Source of the DNA: Nocardioides sp.
Lineage (GTDB): Bacteria; Actinomycetota; Actinomycetes; Propionibacteriales; Nocardioidaceae
Direction: 5' to 3'
Assembly (NCBI GenBank): GCA_046590395.1
Contig: JBKJUE010000047.1
Coordinates: forward strand, 2,899 to 66,898
Length of the DNA: 64,000 nucleotides
Made by a program: the position numbers and the translations under genes. The notes beneath the pieces are model-generated. The model worked only from the letters and a program-made list of their open reading frames with translations. It was not told the DNA's origin and searched no databases. Of this stretch, positions 41,087-50,165 are shown piece after piece. Numbering within the stretch: the first letter of the stretch is position 1; every line of letters begins with the position of its first letter.

Positions 41087-41401
41087 TCACCCGCCGAGGC
41101 GCAGGCCAGCCTCCATGAGCCGGTGCTCCACGACCAGCCGCTCGGTGTCCCGCTCGGTTCCGCATGGCATCTCGGTCAGGCTGTCGGGGATCCCGAGCGC
41201 ACGGCACGCCTCGGCGAGGAGGTCGTCGTACGCCTGCCAGGTGCCGGTACGGCGCGCCATGAAGGTCGCATTCCCCGGGTGGGTCGGCTCGGCGCGGAGC
41301 CGGCGGAGTCGAGCGGTGAGCTCGTGCTGGTAGAGGACGCCACCCACGAACAGGCCGAGCAACACGGTGACGAGCGCGGCGGCGAGGAAGCCGGACTCCA
41401 T
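41087..41401 (-). CDS. Hypothetical small membrane-anchored protein
   Basis: N-terminal TM; AYDDLLAEACRALG and ERLVVEHRLMEAG look protein-like. Confidence 0.6.
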   Translation of the reverse strand: MESGFLAAALVTVLLGLFVGGVLYQHELTARLRRLRAEPTHPGNATFMARRTGTWQAYDDLLAEACRALGIPDSLTEMPCGTERDTERLVVEHRLMEAGLRLGG

Positions 41402-41459
41402 CGCCCGACGGCAGGCGCGTGCCGCGGTGGGCACGACACGCCTTCGGGGTCACCTGCGG

Positions 41460-42332
41460 TCACCGGGTGAGGGCGACCACCTCGTTGAGGCGGCGCAGCT
41501 TCTCGGGGTTCCGGACGATGTAGATGCCGGTCACGAGCCCGTCCTCGACGAGGACGGTGCCCACCGAGTCGATCTCGCCGTCGACGACGATGCGCAGCGC
41601 CGGGGCGCCGTTGACGACCAGCACCTCGGCCGGCCAGCCGTCGCCGGCGACCGCGTCGAGGAAGCGGAGCACCTTGTCGCGGCCGAGGATCGGGCGCAGC
41701 GCCGCCTGCCGGAACCCGCCACCGTCGGTCAGCAGCACCACGTCGGGCGACATCACGTCGAGCAGGCCCTGCAGGTCCCCGGTGGCCGTGGCCCCGAGGA
41801 ACCTCTCGATCACCGCATCCCGCTCGGTAGGCGTCACCGAGCTGCGGGGCCGGCGCTCGTCCACGCGTGCGCGCGCCCGGTGCAGAATCTGCCGGACCGC
41901 GGCCGGCTCCTTGTCCACGGCGGCCGCGATCTCGTCGTACCCGACGTCGAACACCTCGCGGAGCACGAACACCGCACGCTCCGTGGGCGTCAGGCTCTCG
42001 AGCACCACGAGCATGGCCATCGAGACGCTGTCGGCGAGCTCGACGTCCTCGGCCACGTCGGGTGACGTCAGCAGCGGCTCGGGCAGCCAGGGCCCGACGT
42101 ACGACTCGCGGCGGCGGGCGTTCGTCCGCATCCGATTGAGGGACAGCCGGGTGGCGATCCGGACCAGGTAGGCACGCTCGTCGCGCACCTCGGCGCGGTC
42201 CGCCTCCGCCCAGCGCAGCCAGGTCTCCTGCAGGACGTCCTCGGCGTCGGCGGCCGAGCCGAGCATCTCGTAGGCGACCGTGAACAGCAGGCTGCGGTGG
42301 GTGACGAAGGCGTCGGTGGCGGACCCGCTCAT
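41460..42332 (-). CDS. ECF41 (SigJ-like) sigma factor with SnoaL-like C-terminal extension
   Basis: AYEMLGSAADAEDVLQE, YVGPWLPEP, DGGG and RNPEKL motifs. Confidence 0.92.
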   Translation of the reverse strand: MSGSATDAFVTHRSLLFTVAYEMLGSAADAEDVLQETWLRWAEADRAEVRDERAYLVRIATRLSLNRMRTNARRRESYVGPWLPEPLLTSPDVAEDVELADSVSMAMLVVLESLTPTERAVFVLREVFDVGYDEIAAAVDKEPAAVRQILHRARARVDERRPRSSVTPTERDAVIERFLGATATGDLQGLLDVMSPDVVLLTDGGGFRQAALRPILGRDKVLRFLDAVAGDGWPAEVLVVNGAPALRIVVDGEIDSVGTVLVEDGLVTGIYIVRNPEKLRRLNEVVALTR

Positions 42333-42904
42333 GCCTGCGAGGGTACGGCGAGCGGGAGGTCGCACACGTCGGAGTAGCCCTGGCTCTGCAGGCCGGCCGC
42401 CGCGTTGAACCGGGAGCGCATGTTCTCCAGCGCCACCATCTGGGTCAGCTCCACGACCGCCTCGGCGCCCAGCTGCTCGACCAGCCCGGCCACCATCTCG
42501 TCGGTGACCCCGAGGGGCGTGCTGCTCATCGCCTCGGCGTACGCGAGGACGTCGCGCTCGAGAGGAGTGAACACGTCGGACTCGCGCCACCGCGGCACCT
42601 CCCGCACCTTGGCCAGGTCGAGACCGTCGTTGTGCGCCATGAAGTAGCCGAAGTCGAGACACCAGCTGCAGCCGATCACCCCGGCGCTCGCGAGCTGGGC
42701 GTAGGACTTGAGGGTCGGGTCGAGCTTGTCCCACTTCGCGACCTTCTGCTCGAAGCCGAGCACGGCCCTGAGCACCTTGCGGTGGTGCCAGTAGACGTGG
42801 GCGTTGTCGGGGATCTCGCCGTAGGTACGGCGGGCGTAGACCGACAGGGTCTTGCCGTAGAGCCCGGTGATGGGCGCCTTCGGGATGCGGAACGTGCTGG
42901 GCAT
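42329..42904 (-). CDS. Carboxymuconolactone decarboxylase / AhpD-family protein
   Basis: GCSWCLDFG CxxC; canonical ECF41 partner gene. Confidence 0.88.
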   Translation of the reverse strand: MPSTFRIPKAPITGLYGKTLSVYARRTYGEIPDNAHVYWHHRKVLRAVLGFEQKVAKWDKLDPTLKSYAQLASAGVIGCSWCLDFGYFMAHNDGLDLAKVREVPRWRESDVFTPLERDVLAYAEAMSSTPLGVTDEMVAGLVEQLGAEAVVELTQMVALENMRSRFNAAAGLQSQGYSDVCDLPLAVPSQA

Positions 42905-42948
42905 GGTGCCTCCTCAGTTCGGCGACCGATCTGGTCGTTCGTCCACGA

Positions 42949-42975
42949 GACACCGGCCGTCGTCGGTTTGTGACA
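42949..42975 (-). promoter_or_regulatory. ECF41-type promoter of the CMD-sigma operon
   Basis: - strand TGTCACA-N16-TGTC, close to the ECF41 consensus TGTCACA-N16-CGTC. Confidence 0.75.
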
Positions 42976-42991
42976 GCTCTAGGCTTCGGCC

Positions 42992-43894
42992 ATGTCACCG
43001 AGCCTCCGCCACCAGTTCCTCGCGTGGGTGGTCCCGCGGGTCCGCAAGTCCCGTGACCTCGACGACCTCGGCCGCGAACGGGCCCGTGTCGAGCGCTGGC
43101 ACACGGGTCTCGACCGATCGCTCCCGACCCGGCTCGTGCCCCGGTTCGGCAAGCGGTTCTCGGTGGTCGAGGAGGACCTCGGCGGCTTCCCGTCGTACGT
43201 CATCACGCCGCGCGGGATCGACCCGAAGCGGACCGTGATGTTCGTGCACGGTGGCGGGTTCATGGCGCCGATCGACCCCTTCCACGTTCGGTACGCCGCG
43301 AAGCTGGCGCGGGCGCTCCGGGCCCGGGTGGTGTTGCCGGACTACCCGCTGGCGCCGGAGCACACCTGGCGCGACTCCTTCGAGCCGCTGACCGACCTGG
43401 CCGAGCGCTGGGCAAAGGAGCCGGGCGGCCTGGTGCTGACCGGCGACTCAGCGGGTGGCGGGTACGCACTGGCGCTCGCCCTGGCGCTGCGTGACCGGGG
43501 CGGCGAGCAGCCGACCCATCTACTGCTGCACTCGCCCTGGGTCGACCTGACCACCAGCACGCCCGAGACCGAGGAGGTCACGCTCGGCGACCCGTGGCTG
43601 TTCATCGGCAAGATCCGGGCGTACGCAGGGTGGTGGGCCGGCTCGCCCGAGGACCTGGGCCGGCCCGAGGTCAGCCCCGGCCTTGCCGACCTGTCCGGGC
43701 TCCCCCGCACGTTGATGTTCTGCGGGACGCGGGACTCGCTGATGCCCGGGTGCCGCCTGCTCGCGCGGCGGGCTGCCGAGGCGGGGTGGGACCTGACCTA
43801 CGTCGAGGTGCCCGACCTGATCCACGTCTACCCGATCCTCCCCGTCCCGGAGGCCCGCCCGGCGTGGCGGCAGACCCTGGCGTTCCTGCGATGA
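42992..43894 (+). CDS. HSL-family alpha/beta hydrolase (esterase)
   Basis: HGGGF, DYPLAPE, GDSAGG, SPWVDL, C-terminal His. Confidence 0.92.
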   Translation: MSPSLRHQFLAWVVPRVRKSRDLDDLGRERARVERWHTGLDRSLPTRLVPRFGKRFSVVEEDLGGFPSYVITPRGIDPKRTVMFVHGGGFMAPIDPFHVRYAAKLARALRARVVLPDYPLAPEHTWRDSFEPLTDLAERWAKEPGGLVLTGDSAGGGYALALALALRDRGGEQPTHLLLHSPWVDLTTSTPETEEVTLGDPWLFIGKIRAYAGWWAGSPEDLGRPEVSPGLADLSGLPRTLMFCGTRDSLMPGCRLLARRAAEAGWDLTYVEVPDLIHVYPILPVPEARPAWRQTLAFLR

Positions 43895-44322
43895 CGGTCC
43901 GGGTGCTGGCCTTCGACGAGCTCGAGGCCCGGACGGCGTACGACGTGTGGCGACTGCGGCAGGACGTCTTCGTGGTCGAGCAGTCGTGCCCGTATCCCGA
44001 CCTCGACGGTCGCGACCCGGAGCCCGGGACCAGGCACGTGCTCCTCACCACCGACGACGGCCTCGGCGGCTACCTGAGGCTGCTCGACGACGGCGACGAG
44101 CTGCGGATCGGGCGCGTGGTCCTGGGTCGCGGGGCGCGGGGGCAAGGGCTCGCCGACGCCCTGATGACCGCTGCCCTCGCCGAGTGCAGTGACCGGCCGG
44201 TTGTGCTGGACGCCCAGTCCCCGCTGCGTGCCTGGTACGAGGGCTTCGGCTTCGAGGTGGACGGGCCCGAGTTCCTCGAGGACGGCATCCCGCACCTGCC
44301 GATGCGGCTCACACGGGGCTGA
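43891..44322 (+). CDS. ElaA-like GNAT acetyltransferase
   Basis: LRQDVFVVEQSCPYPDLDG, IGRVV, FLEDGIPH; ATGA overlap with the upstream gene. Confidence 0.9.
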   Translation: MTVRVLAFDELEARTAYDVWRLRQDVFVVEQSCPYPDLDGRDPEPGTRHVLLTTDDGLGGYLRLLDDGDELRIGRVVLGRGARGQGLADALMTAALAECSDRPVVLDAQSPLRAWYEGFGFEVDGPEFLEDGIPHLPMRLTRG

Positions 44323-45364
44323 AGACGACGACCCCGTCGACGACCTCACGGGTCGCCTGACCGCGTGCGACCAGGAGCTCGAGGTGGGCCTTGGTCTCCA
44401 TGCTGGCCAGCGACGCGTTGAAGACGTCGAGGTCGGCCAGCCGGTGGGCATGGCGGGTCCAGGGCAGCTCGGCGGCGACGTCGAAACCGGTGCTTGCACC
44501 CCCGACCAGCGCCTCCAGGGAGAGAGTGAGCCGGACCTCGTGGAAGGCCAGCAGCTCGTCGACCCGGGCGTGCGAGGAGGGCGCCACCGGGCCGTGCGCC
44601 GGGAGCAGCCGGAGGTCGGGCAGGCCACGGACCTTGGTGAGCGAGCCCATGAAGTCCCGCAGCGGCTGCGCGACGGGCACCGGCTCGAACCCGATCGACG
44701 GGGTGATCGTCGGGAGGACGTGGTCCCCGGCGAAGAGCAGCCCGGCGTCGCGGTCCGCGAAGACGAAGTGGCCCTGGGTGTGGCCGGGGGTGTGGACGGC
44801 GTCGAGGGTGCGGACGCCGACCTCGATGGCGTGGTCGCCGTCGAGCCAGGTGTCCGGGTAGCCCCACATCGAGAGGTCGGGCATCTTGCCGTCGGTGAAC
44901 TTCGCCCAGTCCTTCGCGATCTCCACCGCACCGGCCGACCGAAGCACCTCGACGGTCGGGTCGCCGTCGACGTCCGCGGCGTTGTGCATGAGGTCGAGGG
45001 TCGGCTTGTCGCCGATCCCGAGGCTGACGTGGGCGCCGTACTCCCGCCCGATCACGGACGCCAGCGTGTAGTGGTCGCGGTGGACGTGGGTGACCAGGAA
45101 GCGGGTGATGTCGGCGAGGCCGTAGCCGATGTCACGCAGGGACTTCTCGAGAAGCGTGCGTCCCTCCTCGATCGCCCAACCGCCGTCGACGAGAGTCAGA
45201 CCGTGACCCGTGTCGAGCACGTAGACGTTGACCGCCTTCAGTCCGTCCATCGGGAGCGGCAGCGGGATCCGGTGGACCCCGTCGGCGACCGGCCACGCCC
45301 CCGGCTCCGTCCAGTGCTGCCCGGAGTCGGGCGAGATCGCGTGGGCGGTGCTGGTCGACGTCAC
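44309..45364 (-). CDS. MBL-fold metallo-hydrolase
   Basis: THVHRDH, TPGHT, GDH, PAHG. Confidence 0.9.
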   Translation of the reverse strand: MTSTSTAHAISPDSGQHWTEPGAWPVADGVHRIPLPLPMDGLKAVNVYVLDTGHGLTLVDGGWAIEEGRTLLEKSLRDIGYGLADITRFLVTHVHRDHYTLASVIGREYGAHVSLGIGDKPTLDLMHNAADVDGDPTVEVLRSAGAVEIAKDWAKFTDGKMPDLSMWGYPDTWLDGDHAIEVGVRTLDAVHTPGHTQGHFVFADRDAGLLFAGDHVLPTITPSIGFEPVPVAQPLRDFMGSLTKVRGLPDLRLLPAHGPVAPSSHARVDELLAFHEVRLTLSLEALVGGASTGFDVAAELPWTRHAHRLADLDVFNASLASMETKAHLELLVARGQATREVVDGVVVFSPV

Positions 45365-45373
45365 CGGCCGACC

Positions 45374-46180
45374 CTACGAGGTCAGGTCGGGGAGGTTGAG
45401 GTCGAGGTTCGGCTCCTGGATGCCGCCGTCGACCTCGAGCATCTTGCCGGTGACGTACTGTCCGGCACGCGAGCTGAGGTAGAGCGCCGCGGCCGCGATG
45501 TCCTCGGCCTCGCCGATCCGCCCCAGCGGAGTCTTGGTCTCCATCTGCTCCTTCATCTCCGGTACGCCGGCGACGAACTCGAGCGCGCTCGTCATCACCG
45601 ACCCCACGTAGATGCCGTTGACCCGAATCCGCGGTGCGAGGTCGCGGGCCGCCAGCCGGGCCCAGTGCGCGAGCGCGGCCTTGGCGGTGCCGTAGGCGAG
45701 GTAGCCCCGACCGGAGGCCCGGCCCATCATCGAGCTGATGTTGACGATCGACTTCTGGGCGTCGTCCGGCCCCTTCAGCATCAGCGGCACGGCAGCCAGG
45801 CTGAGGGCGTGGGCGGTGCTCACGTTGAAGTGGAACGACTCCTCGAGGTAGGCCACGTCGGTGTCGAGGAACGCGTTCGGGATGGTGCCACCCACGTTGT
45901 TGACCACCGTGTCCAGCCGCCCGAACTCGTCGTACGCCGCCTGTGCGAGACCGGCGACCGCGTCGAGGTCGCTCAGGTCGGCCGGGACGACCAGGGCGCG
46001 ACGCCCCGCGGCGCGGATCCGGTCCGCGACGGCCTCGAGCTGGCCCGCGGTGCGGGCGGAGATCGCCACGTCCGCACCGGCCTCCGCGAAGGAGACGGCG
46101 GTGGCGGCACCGATGCCGCGCCCGGCGCCGGTGACGACGGCGACGTGGTCGGTGAGGGTGAAGCGGTCGAGGATGCTCAC
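45374..46180 (-). CDS. SDR oxidoreductase (7-alpha-HSDH / Rv0927c-like)
   Basis: [18 protein letters not shown]. Confidence 0.88.
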   Translation of the reverse strand: MSILDRFTLTDHVAVVTGAGRGIGAATAVSFAEAGADVAISARTAGQLEAVADRIRAAGRRALVVPADLSDLDAVAGLAQAAYDEFGRLDTVVNNVGGTIPNAFLDTDVAYLEESFHFNVSTAHALSLAAVPLMLKGPDDAQKSIVNISSMMGRASGRGYLAYGTAKAALAHWARLAARDLAPRIRVNGIYVGSVMTSALEFVAGVPEMKEQMETKTPLGRIGEAEDIAAAALYLSSRAGQYVTGKMLEVDGGIQEPNLDLNLPDLTS

Positions 46181-47268
46181 GTCGACACCAGCCCGTGGCC
46201 GGTGACCAGAGGGAGGTCGAGCGCGGTGACCAGCCCACCCTGCGCCGCGACGACGGCCGGGACGGCGTTCACCAGGCGCTGCGCGGTGACGATCATCCCG
46301 GAGACGTTGTGGTCACCGTGCTCGCCGTGGTGGGTGAACTCCAGCTCCATCATCGGCTCGCCGGTCACGACGACGCGGTAGCAACCGTCGCCCTTGGTCG
46401 GCTTGGGCCACTCGGGCATCTGCTCCGGCGACGTGCGGGTGCAGTGCTCGAGCACCACCCGCGGGACACCGTCGACCTTGCCGGTCAGCTGGAAGCGGAC
46501 CGCACCCATCGTGCCCTTCTCGATGTCGACCGAGACCGTCGAGATGTCGCGGTCGGCGGGCTGGCGGTCGACCTCCTCGGTCAGGGGCTCGTCGAGCGTG
46601 ATGCCGAGACCGGCGGCGATCTGCCGAACGACGCTGCCCCAGGCCATGGTCAGGATGCCGGGCTCCCAGAGCATCGGCTTCTCGTCGAGGGACTTGCCGA
46701 AGCCGAAGATCTCCTTCATCACCACCGGTTGGTAGTACGTCGAGTAGTCGGCCAGCTCCTGGACCCGGACCTCGTCGATCCGCTGGCTCAGCGAGGTGAG
46801 CTGGAGCGGCAGCACGTCGTTGGCCCACCCGGGGTCGATGCCGTTGACGTGCAGGCTGGCTCCGGTCCGGTCCCCCGCCGCGGCCAGCCGGTCGAGCATG
46901 TCGTCGGGAAGGATCTTCTCCGGCCACTGGAGCAGCACCGGCCCGCTGGAGACGACGTTGATGCCGGCCTCGACGAAGCCGAAGAGGTCCTCGATGCACT
47001 CGAAGACCCGGTCGTCGGCCATCGCCGTGTGCACGATCGCGTCCGGCTCGAGGGCGATCAGGGCGTCGCGGTCGGTGGTGGCGAGGACGCCCAGGTCGCG
47101 GCCGAGCTCGGCCAGCTGTCCGGCGTCCTTGCCGTCCTTGTCGGGGTTGGAGACCCAGACCCCCACGAGCTCGAGGTTCGGGTGGGCGTCGATGCCGGCG
47201 ATGGCATGGCGGCCGACGGTGCCGGTCGACCAGACGAGGACGCGGAGCGGCTTCTCGGGAACGATCAT
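46177..47268 (-). CDS. DapB-like NAD(P)-dependent reductase / amine dehydrogenase family (Rv0926c-like)
   Basis: WSTGTVG, GINVVS, GIDPGW, TA.R.VNAVPAV; ATG at 47268. Confidence 0.8.
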   Translation of the reverse strand: MIVPEKPLRVLVWSTGTVGRHAIAGIDAHPNLELVGVWVSNPDKDGKDAGQLAELGRDLGVLATTDRDALIALEPDAIVHTAMADDRVFECIEDLFGFVEAGINVVSSGPVLLQWPEKILPDDMLDRLAAAGDRTGASLHVNGIDPGWANDVLPLQLTSLSQRIDEVRVQELADYSTYYQPVVMKEIFGFGKSLDEKPMLWEPGILTMAWGSVVRQIAAGLGITLDEPLTEEVDRQPADRDISTVSVDIEKGTMGAVRFQLTGKVDGVPRVVLEHCTRTSPEQMPEWPKPTKGDGCYRVVVTGEPMMELEFTHHGEHGDHNVSGMIVTAQRLVNAVPAVVAAQGGLVTALDLPLVTGHGLVST

Positions 47269-47278
47269 GCGACCCAAT

Positions 47279-47294
47279 CTAGAACACGTTCTAG
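47279..47294. promoter_or_regulatory. KstR-type operator
   Basis: CTAGAACACGTTCTAG contains the exact TnnAACnnGTTnnA motif and overlaps a TAGATT -10 located 7 nt before the ATG at 47268. Confidence 0.8.
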
Positions 47295-47347
47295 GTTGGC
47301 GGAAGGGCGGAACCGTCCGTCGCTCCCGACAGGCTCCCGTCGATCAT

Positions 47348-47442
47348 GTTGAGTTGGGCCTCCGCGGCCAGCGAGTTGGGCCTCCGCGGCACTGCCGACG
47401 CCGCGGGAGCCCAACTGGACCGCCACTCATGCCCAACTCAAC
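47348..47442. repeat. Palindromic 22-bp-period array (GAGTTGGGC family)
   Basis: Forward units start at 47351 and 47373; reverse units end at 47417 and 47439; 12-bp terminal IR GTTGAGTTGGGC. Confidence 0.85.
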
Positions 47443-48613
47443 GAGGGGGTGGGGTGACCACCGGGCATCGGGTGCCGGAGTAGATGGTGGGCATGCACCG
47501 GTTGCAGTGGATGCAGACGCCGCTCGGCTGCCGCCCTCCTTCCAGCCGCTGGACCAGGTCGGGTTCGCGCAGCAGCGCGCGTCCCATCGCCACGAAGTCG
47601 AACCCCTGGGCCATCGCCTGCTCCATCGTGTCCCGCCGATTGATGCCGCCGAGCAGCATCAACGGCATCGACAGGCCGGCCCGGAACGTCAGCGCCCGGT
47701 CCAGGAAGTAGGCCTCCTCGAACGGGTACGCCTTGAGGAACCGCGTGCCGCCGACCCGCATCCCGAGCCGCACCGGCATCGGCATCGCGTCCGCGAACTC
47801 CTTCAGCGGCACGTCCCCGCGGAAGAGGTACATGGGGTTCATCAGCGAGCTCCCACCGCTCATCTGGAGTGCATCGAGAGTGCCGTCGGCCTCCAGCAGC
47901 TGCGCGAGCGCCAGCCCGTCATCGGTGGTGACGCCACCGCGGAAGCCGTCACCGAGGCTGACCTTCGCGGTCACGGCCACCTCGCCGCCGACCTCGTCGC
48001 GTACGGCGCGGGCGACCTGGCGGGCCAGTCGGGCCCGGTTCTCCGGGGAGCCACCCCACCGGTCCTTGCGACGGTTGAGCGCGGGGGCGAGGAAGCTCGA
48101 GATGAGGTAGCTGTGCGCCATGTGCAGCTCGAGGACGTCGAAGCCCGCACGGACCAGCGTGCGTGCGGTGCCGACGTACGCGCTGGTGATCCGGGTGAGG
48201 TCGCGTTCGGTGGCCGACCCGATCATCTGCATGGACAGCGGGCTGGGCATCCGGCTGGCACTGAGCGCCTTGACGCCGTTGGAGCGGCCGTTGGCGACCG
48301 GGCCGGCGTGCCCGACCTGGCCGGCAACCGCGGCGCCGGTCCCGTGGACGGCGTCCGTCAGCCGGGAGAGGCCGGCCAGCGTGTCCTCGCCGACGACGAT
48401 CTGCTCGGCGTGGGTGCGACCCTCCGGCGCGACCGCCAGGTAGGCGACGGTGGTGAGCCCGACGCCGCCGCGAGCCGGGGCGAGGTGGTAGTCGATGAGC
48501 TCGTCGGTCACCTGGCCGTGCGGCGTCCGCCCTTCGAACGTCGCCGCCTTGACCACCCGGTTGCGCAGCGTGACCGGACCCAGCGTGGCGGGCGCGAAGA
48601 CGTCAGCGGTCAT
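47438..48613 (-). CDS. NADH:flavin oxidoreductase (old yellow enzyme family) with C-terminal Cys cluster
   Basis: LRNRVVKAAT, GFDVLELHMAHSYL, NRRKDRWGGS, CIHCNRC. Confidence 0.9.
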   Translation of the reverse strand: MTADVFAPATLGPVTLRNRVVKAATFEGRTPHGQVTDELIDYHLAPARGGVGLTTVAYLAVAPEGRTHAEQIVVGEDTLAGLSRLTDAVHGTGAAVAGQVGHAGPVANGRSNGVKALSASRMPSPLSMQMIGSATERDLTRITSAYVGTARTLVRAGFDVLELHMAHSYLISSFLAPALNRRKDRWGGSPENRARLARQVARAVRDEVGGEVAVTAKVSLGDGFRGGVTTDDGLALAQLLEADGTLDALQMSGGSSLMNPMYLFRGDVPLKEFADAMPMPVRLGMRVGGTRFLKAYPFEEAYFLDRALTFRAGLSMPLMLLGGINRRDTMEQAMAQGFDFVAMGRALLREPDLVQRLEGGRQPSGVCIHCNRCMPTIYSGTRCPVVTPPPR

Positions 48614-48621
48614 GCCCGAAC

Positions 48622-48636
48622 AGTAACGTGTTCTAG
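48622..48636 (-). promoter_or_regulatory. Second KstR-like operator
   Basis: - strand CTAGAACACGTTACT: first 12 bp identical to the 47279 site, one mismatch to consensus; overlaps a TACTGT -10 located 6 nt before the ATG at 48613. Confidence 0.65.
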
Positions 48637-50165
48637 TTTGGTCGGCGGGTCCGCCGGGAGTCCTCGCGCCGGGTTCGCAGCGGCCGCTTCGGCAGCTGCG
48701 TGGCCCGCCCGTGCAGCGCCGTCAGGAGCGAGGCGAAGGTGGTGTCCTGCTCGGGCGTGCGGTCGAAGGTGGTCAGGTTCAGCACCGGCTTGAACCGCTG
48801 CCGGGTGACCGCCTTGGCGTAGGTGAACTCGCGCAGCCCGTCCGGCCCGTGGATCCGGCCGAAGCCCGAGTCGCCGACGCCGCCGAAGGGCAGGCCCGGC
48901 ACGGCGGCGTACGAGATGACCGAGTTGACGGAGGTCATCCCCGTGCGCAGCCTCCTGGCCAGCTCGGCCCCTCGCTTCGCCGAGAACACGGTGGACCCGA
49001 GCCCGTAGCGGCTGGCGTTCGCCAGCTCCACGGCCTCGTCCATGTCGCGGACCCGGGTGACCGTGACGGTCGGCCCGAAGGTCTCCTCGGTGACGGCCAC
49101 CGAGTCCTCGGGCACGTCGACCAGGACGGTGGGCTGCACGAACCGTTCGCCGATCGCGTCCGCCCCGCCGACCACCGCGCGCCCGCCACGGGCCAACGCG
49201 TCGTCGACGTGACGACGTACGACGTCCACCTGGCTCGCCATCGTCATCGGGCCGAACTTGGCACCGGCATCGGTCCCCGCATGGATCTCCCGCGCCCGGC
49301 GGGAGAGCTCGTCGATGAACCGGTCGGCGACCCGCTCGTGGACGTAGACCCGCTCGACCCCGAGGCAGGTCTGGCCGGCGTTCGAGAACGCGCCCCACGC
49401 CGCGGCGTCCGCGGCGGCGGTGACGTCCGCGTCGACGTCGACCAGCAGGGCGTCCTTGCCGCCGGCCTCGATCAGGACCGGTGTCAGCCGCTCGGCGCAG
49501 GTCGCCATCACCTTCTTGCCGGTGGCCGTGGAGCCGGTGAACGCCAGCTTGTCGATGTCGGCCCGGCACAGGGCCGCGCCGGTCTCGCCGAGCCCGGTCA
49601 CGGTCTCGAGCAGGGCATGTCCGGGTGTCACCTCGCGCAGGCTGTCCGCCAGCCAGACGCCGACTCCGGGCGTGAGCTCGCTCGGCTTGAAGACGACGGC
49701 GTTGCCGGCCGCCAGCGCGTAGGCGATCGAGCCCATGGGCGTGAAGACCGGGTAGTTCCAGGGACCGATGACGCCGACGACGCCGAGGGGGAGGTACTCC
49801 ACGGAGGCCGCCTGGTTGGCGAGCAGCAGCCCCGGCGAGACCCGCTTGCGGCCGAGCACCTTCTCGGCATGGGACCCGACCCACGCCAGGTGGTCGATGG
49901 CCAGGCCGATCTCGAGCTGGGCGTCGGCGTGCGGCTTGCCGGTCTCCTGGTGGACGACGTCGGCGAGCTGGGCCATCCGTCGGGTCAGCACCCCGCGCCA
50001 CTGGGCGAGCACGACCTTGCGGCCGTCGAAGCCGAGGCCTGCCCACCAGCCGGAAGCCGCCCGGGCCCGGGCCACCGCGGCGTCGACCGCGGCGGCGTCG
50101 TCGATCGGATGGATCCCGACCACGTCACCGGTGGCGGGGTTGAGGGACTCGAGCTTGTCGGTCAT
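48633..50165 (-). CDS. Aldehyde dehydrogenase
   Basis: PWNYP, KPSELTP, FTGSTATG, EAGGKD, NAGQTC, EETFGP. Confidence 0.93.
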   Translation of the reverse strand: MTDKLESLNPATGDVVGIHPIDDAAAVDAAVARARAASGWWAGLGFDGRKVVLAQWRGVLTRRMAQLADVVHQETGKPHADAQLEIGLAIDHLAWVGSHAEKVLGRKRVSPGLLLANQAASVEYLPLGVVGVIGPWNYPVFTPMGSIAYALAAGNAVVFKPSELTPGVGVWLADSLREVTPGHALLETVTGLGETGAALCRADIDKLAFTGSTATGKKVMATCAERLTPVLIEAGGKDALLVDVDADVTAAADAAAWGAFSNAGQTCLGVERVYVHERVADRFIDELSRRAREIHAGTDAGAKFGPMTMASQVDVVRRHVDDALARGGRAVVGGADAIGERFVQPTVLVDVPEDSVAVTEETFGPTVTVTRVRDMDEAVELANASRYGLGSTVFSAKRGAELARRLRTGMTSVNSVISYAAVPGLPFGGVGDSGFGRIHGPDGLREFTYAKAVTRQRFKPVLNLTTFDRTPEQDTTFASLLTALHGRATQLPKRPLRTRREDSRRTRRPN

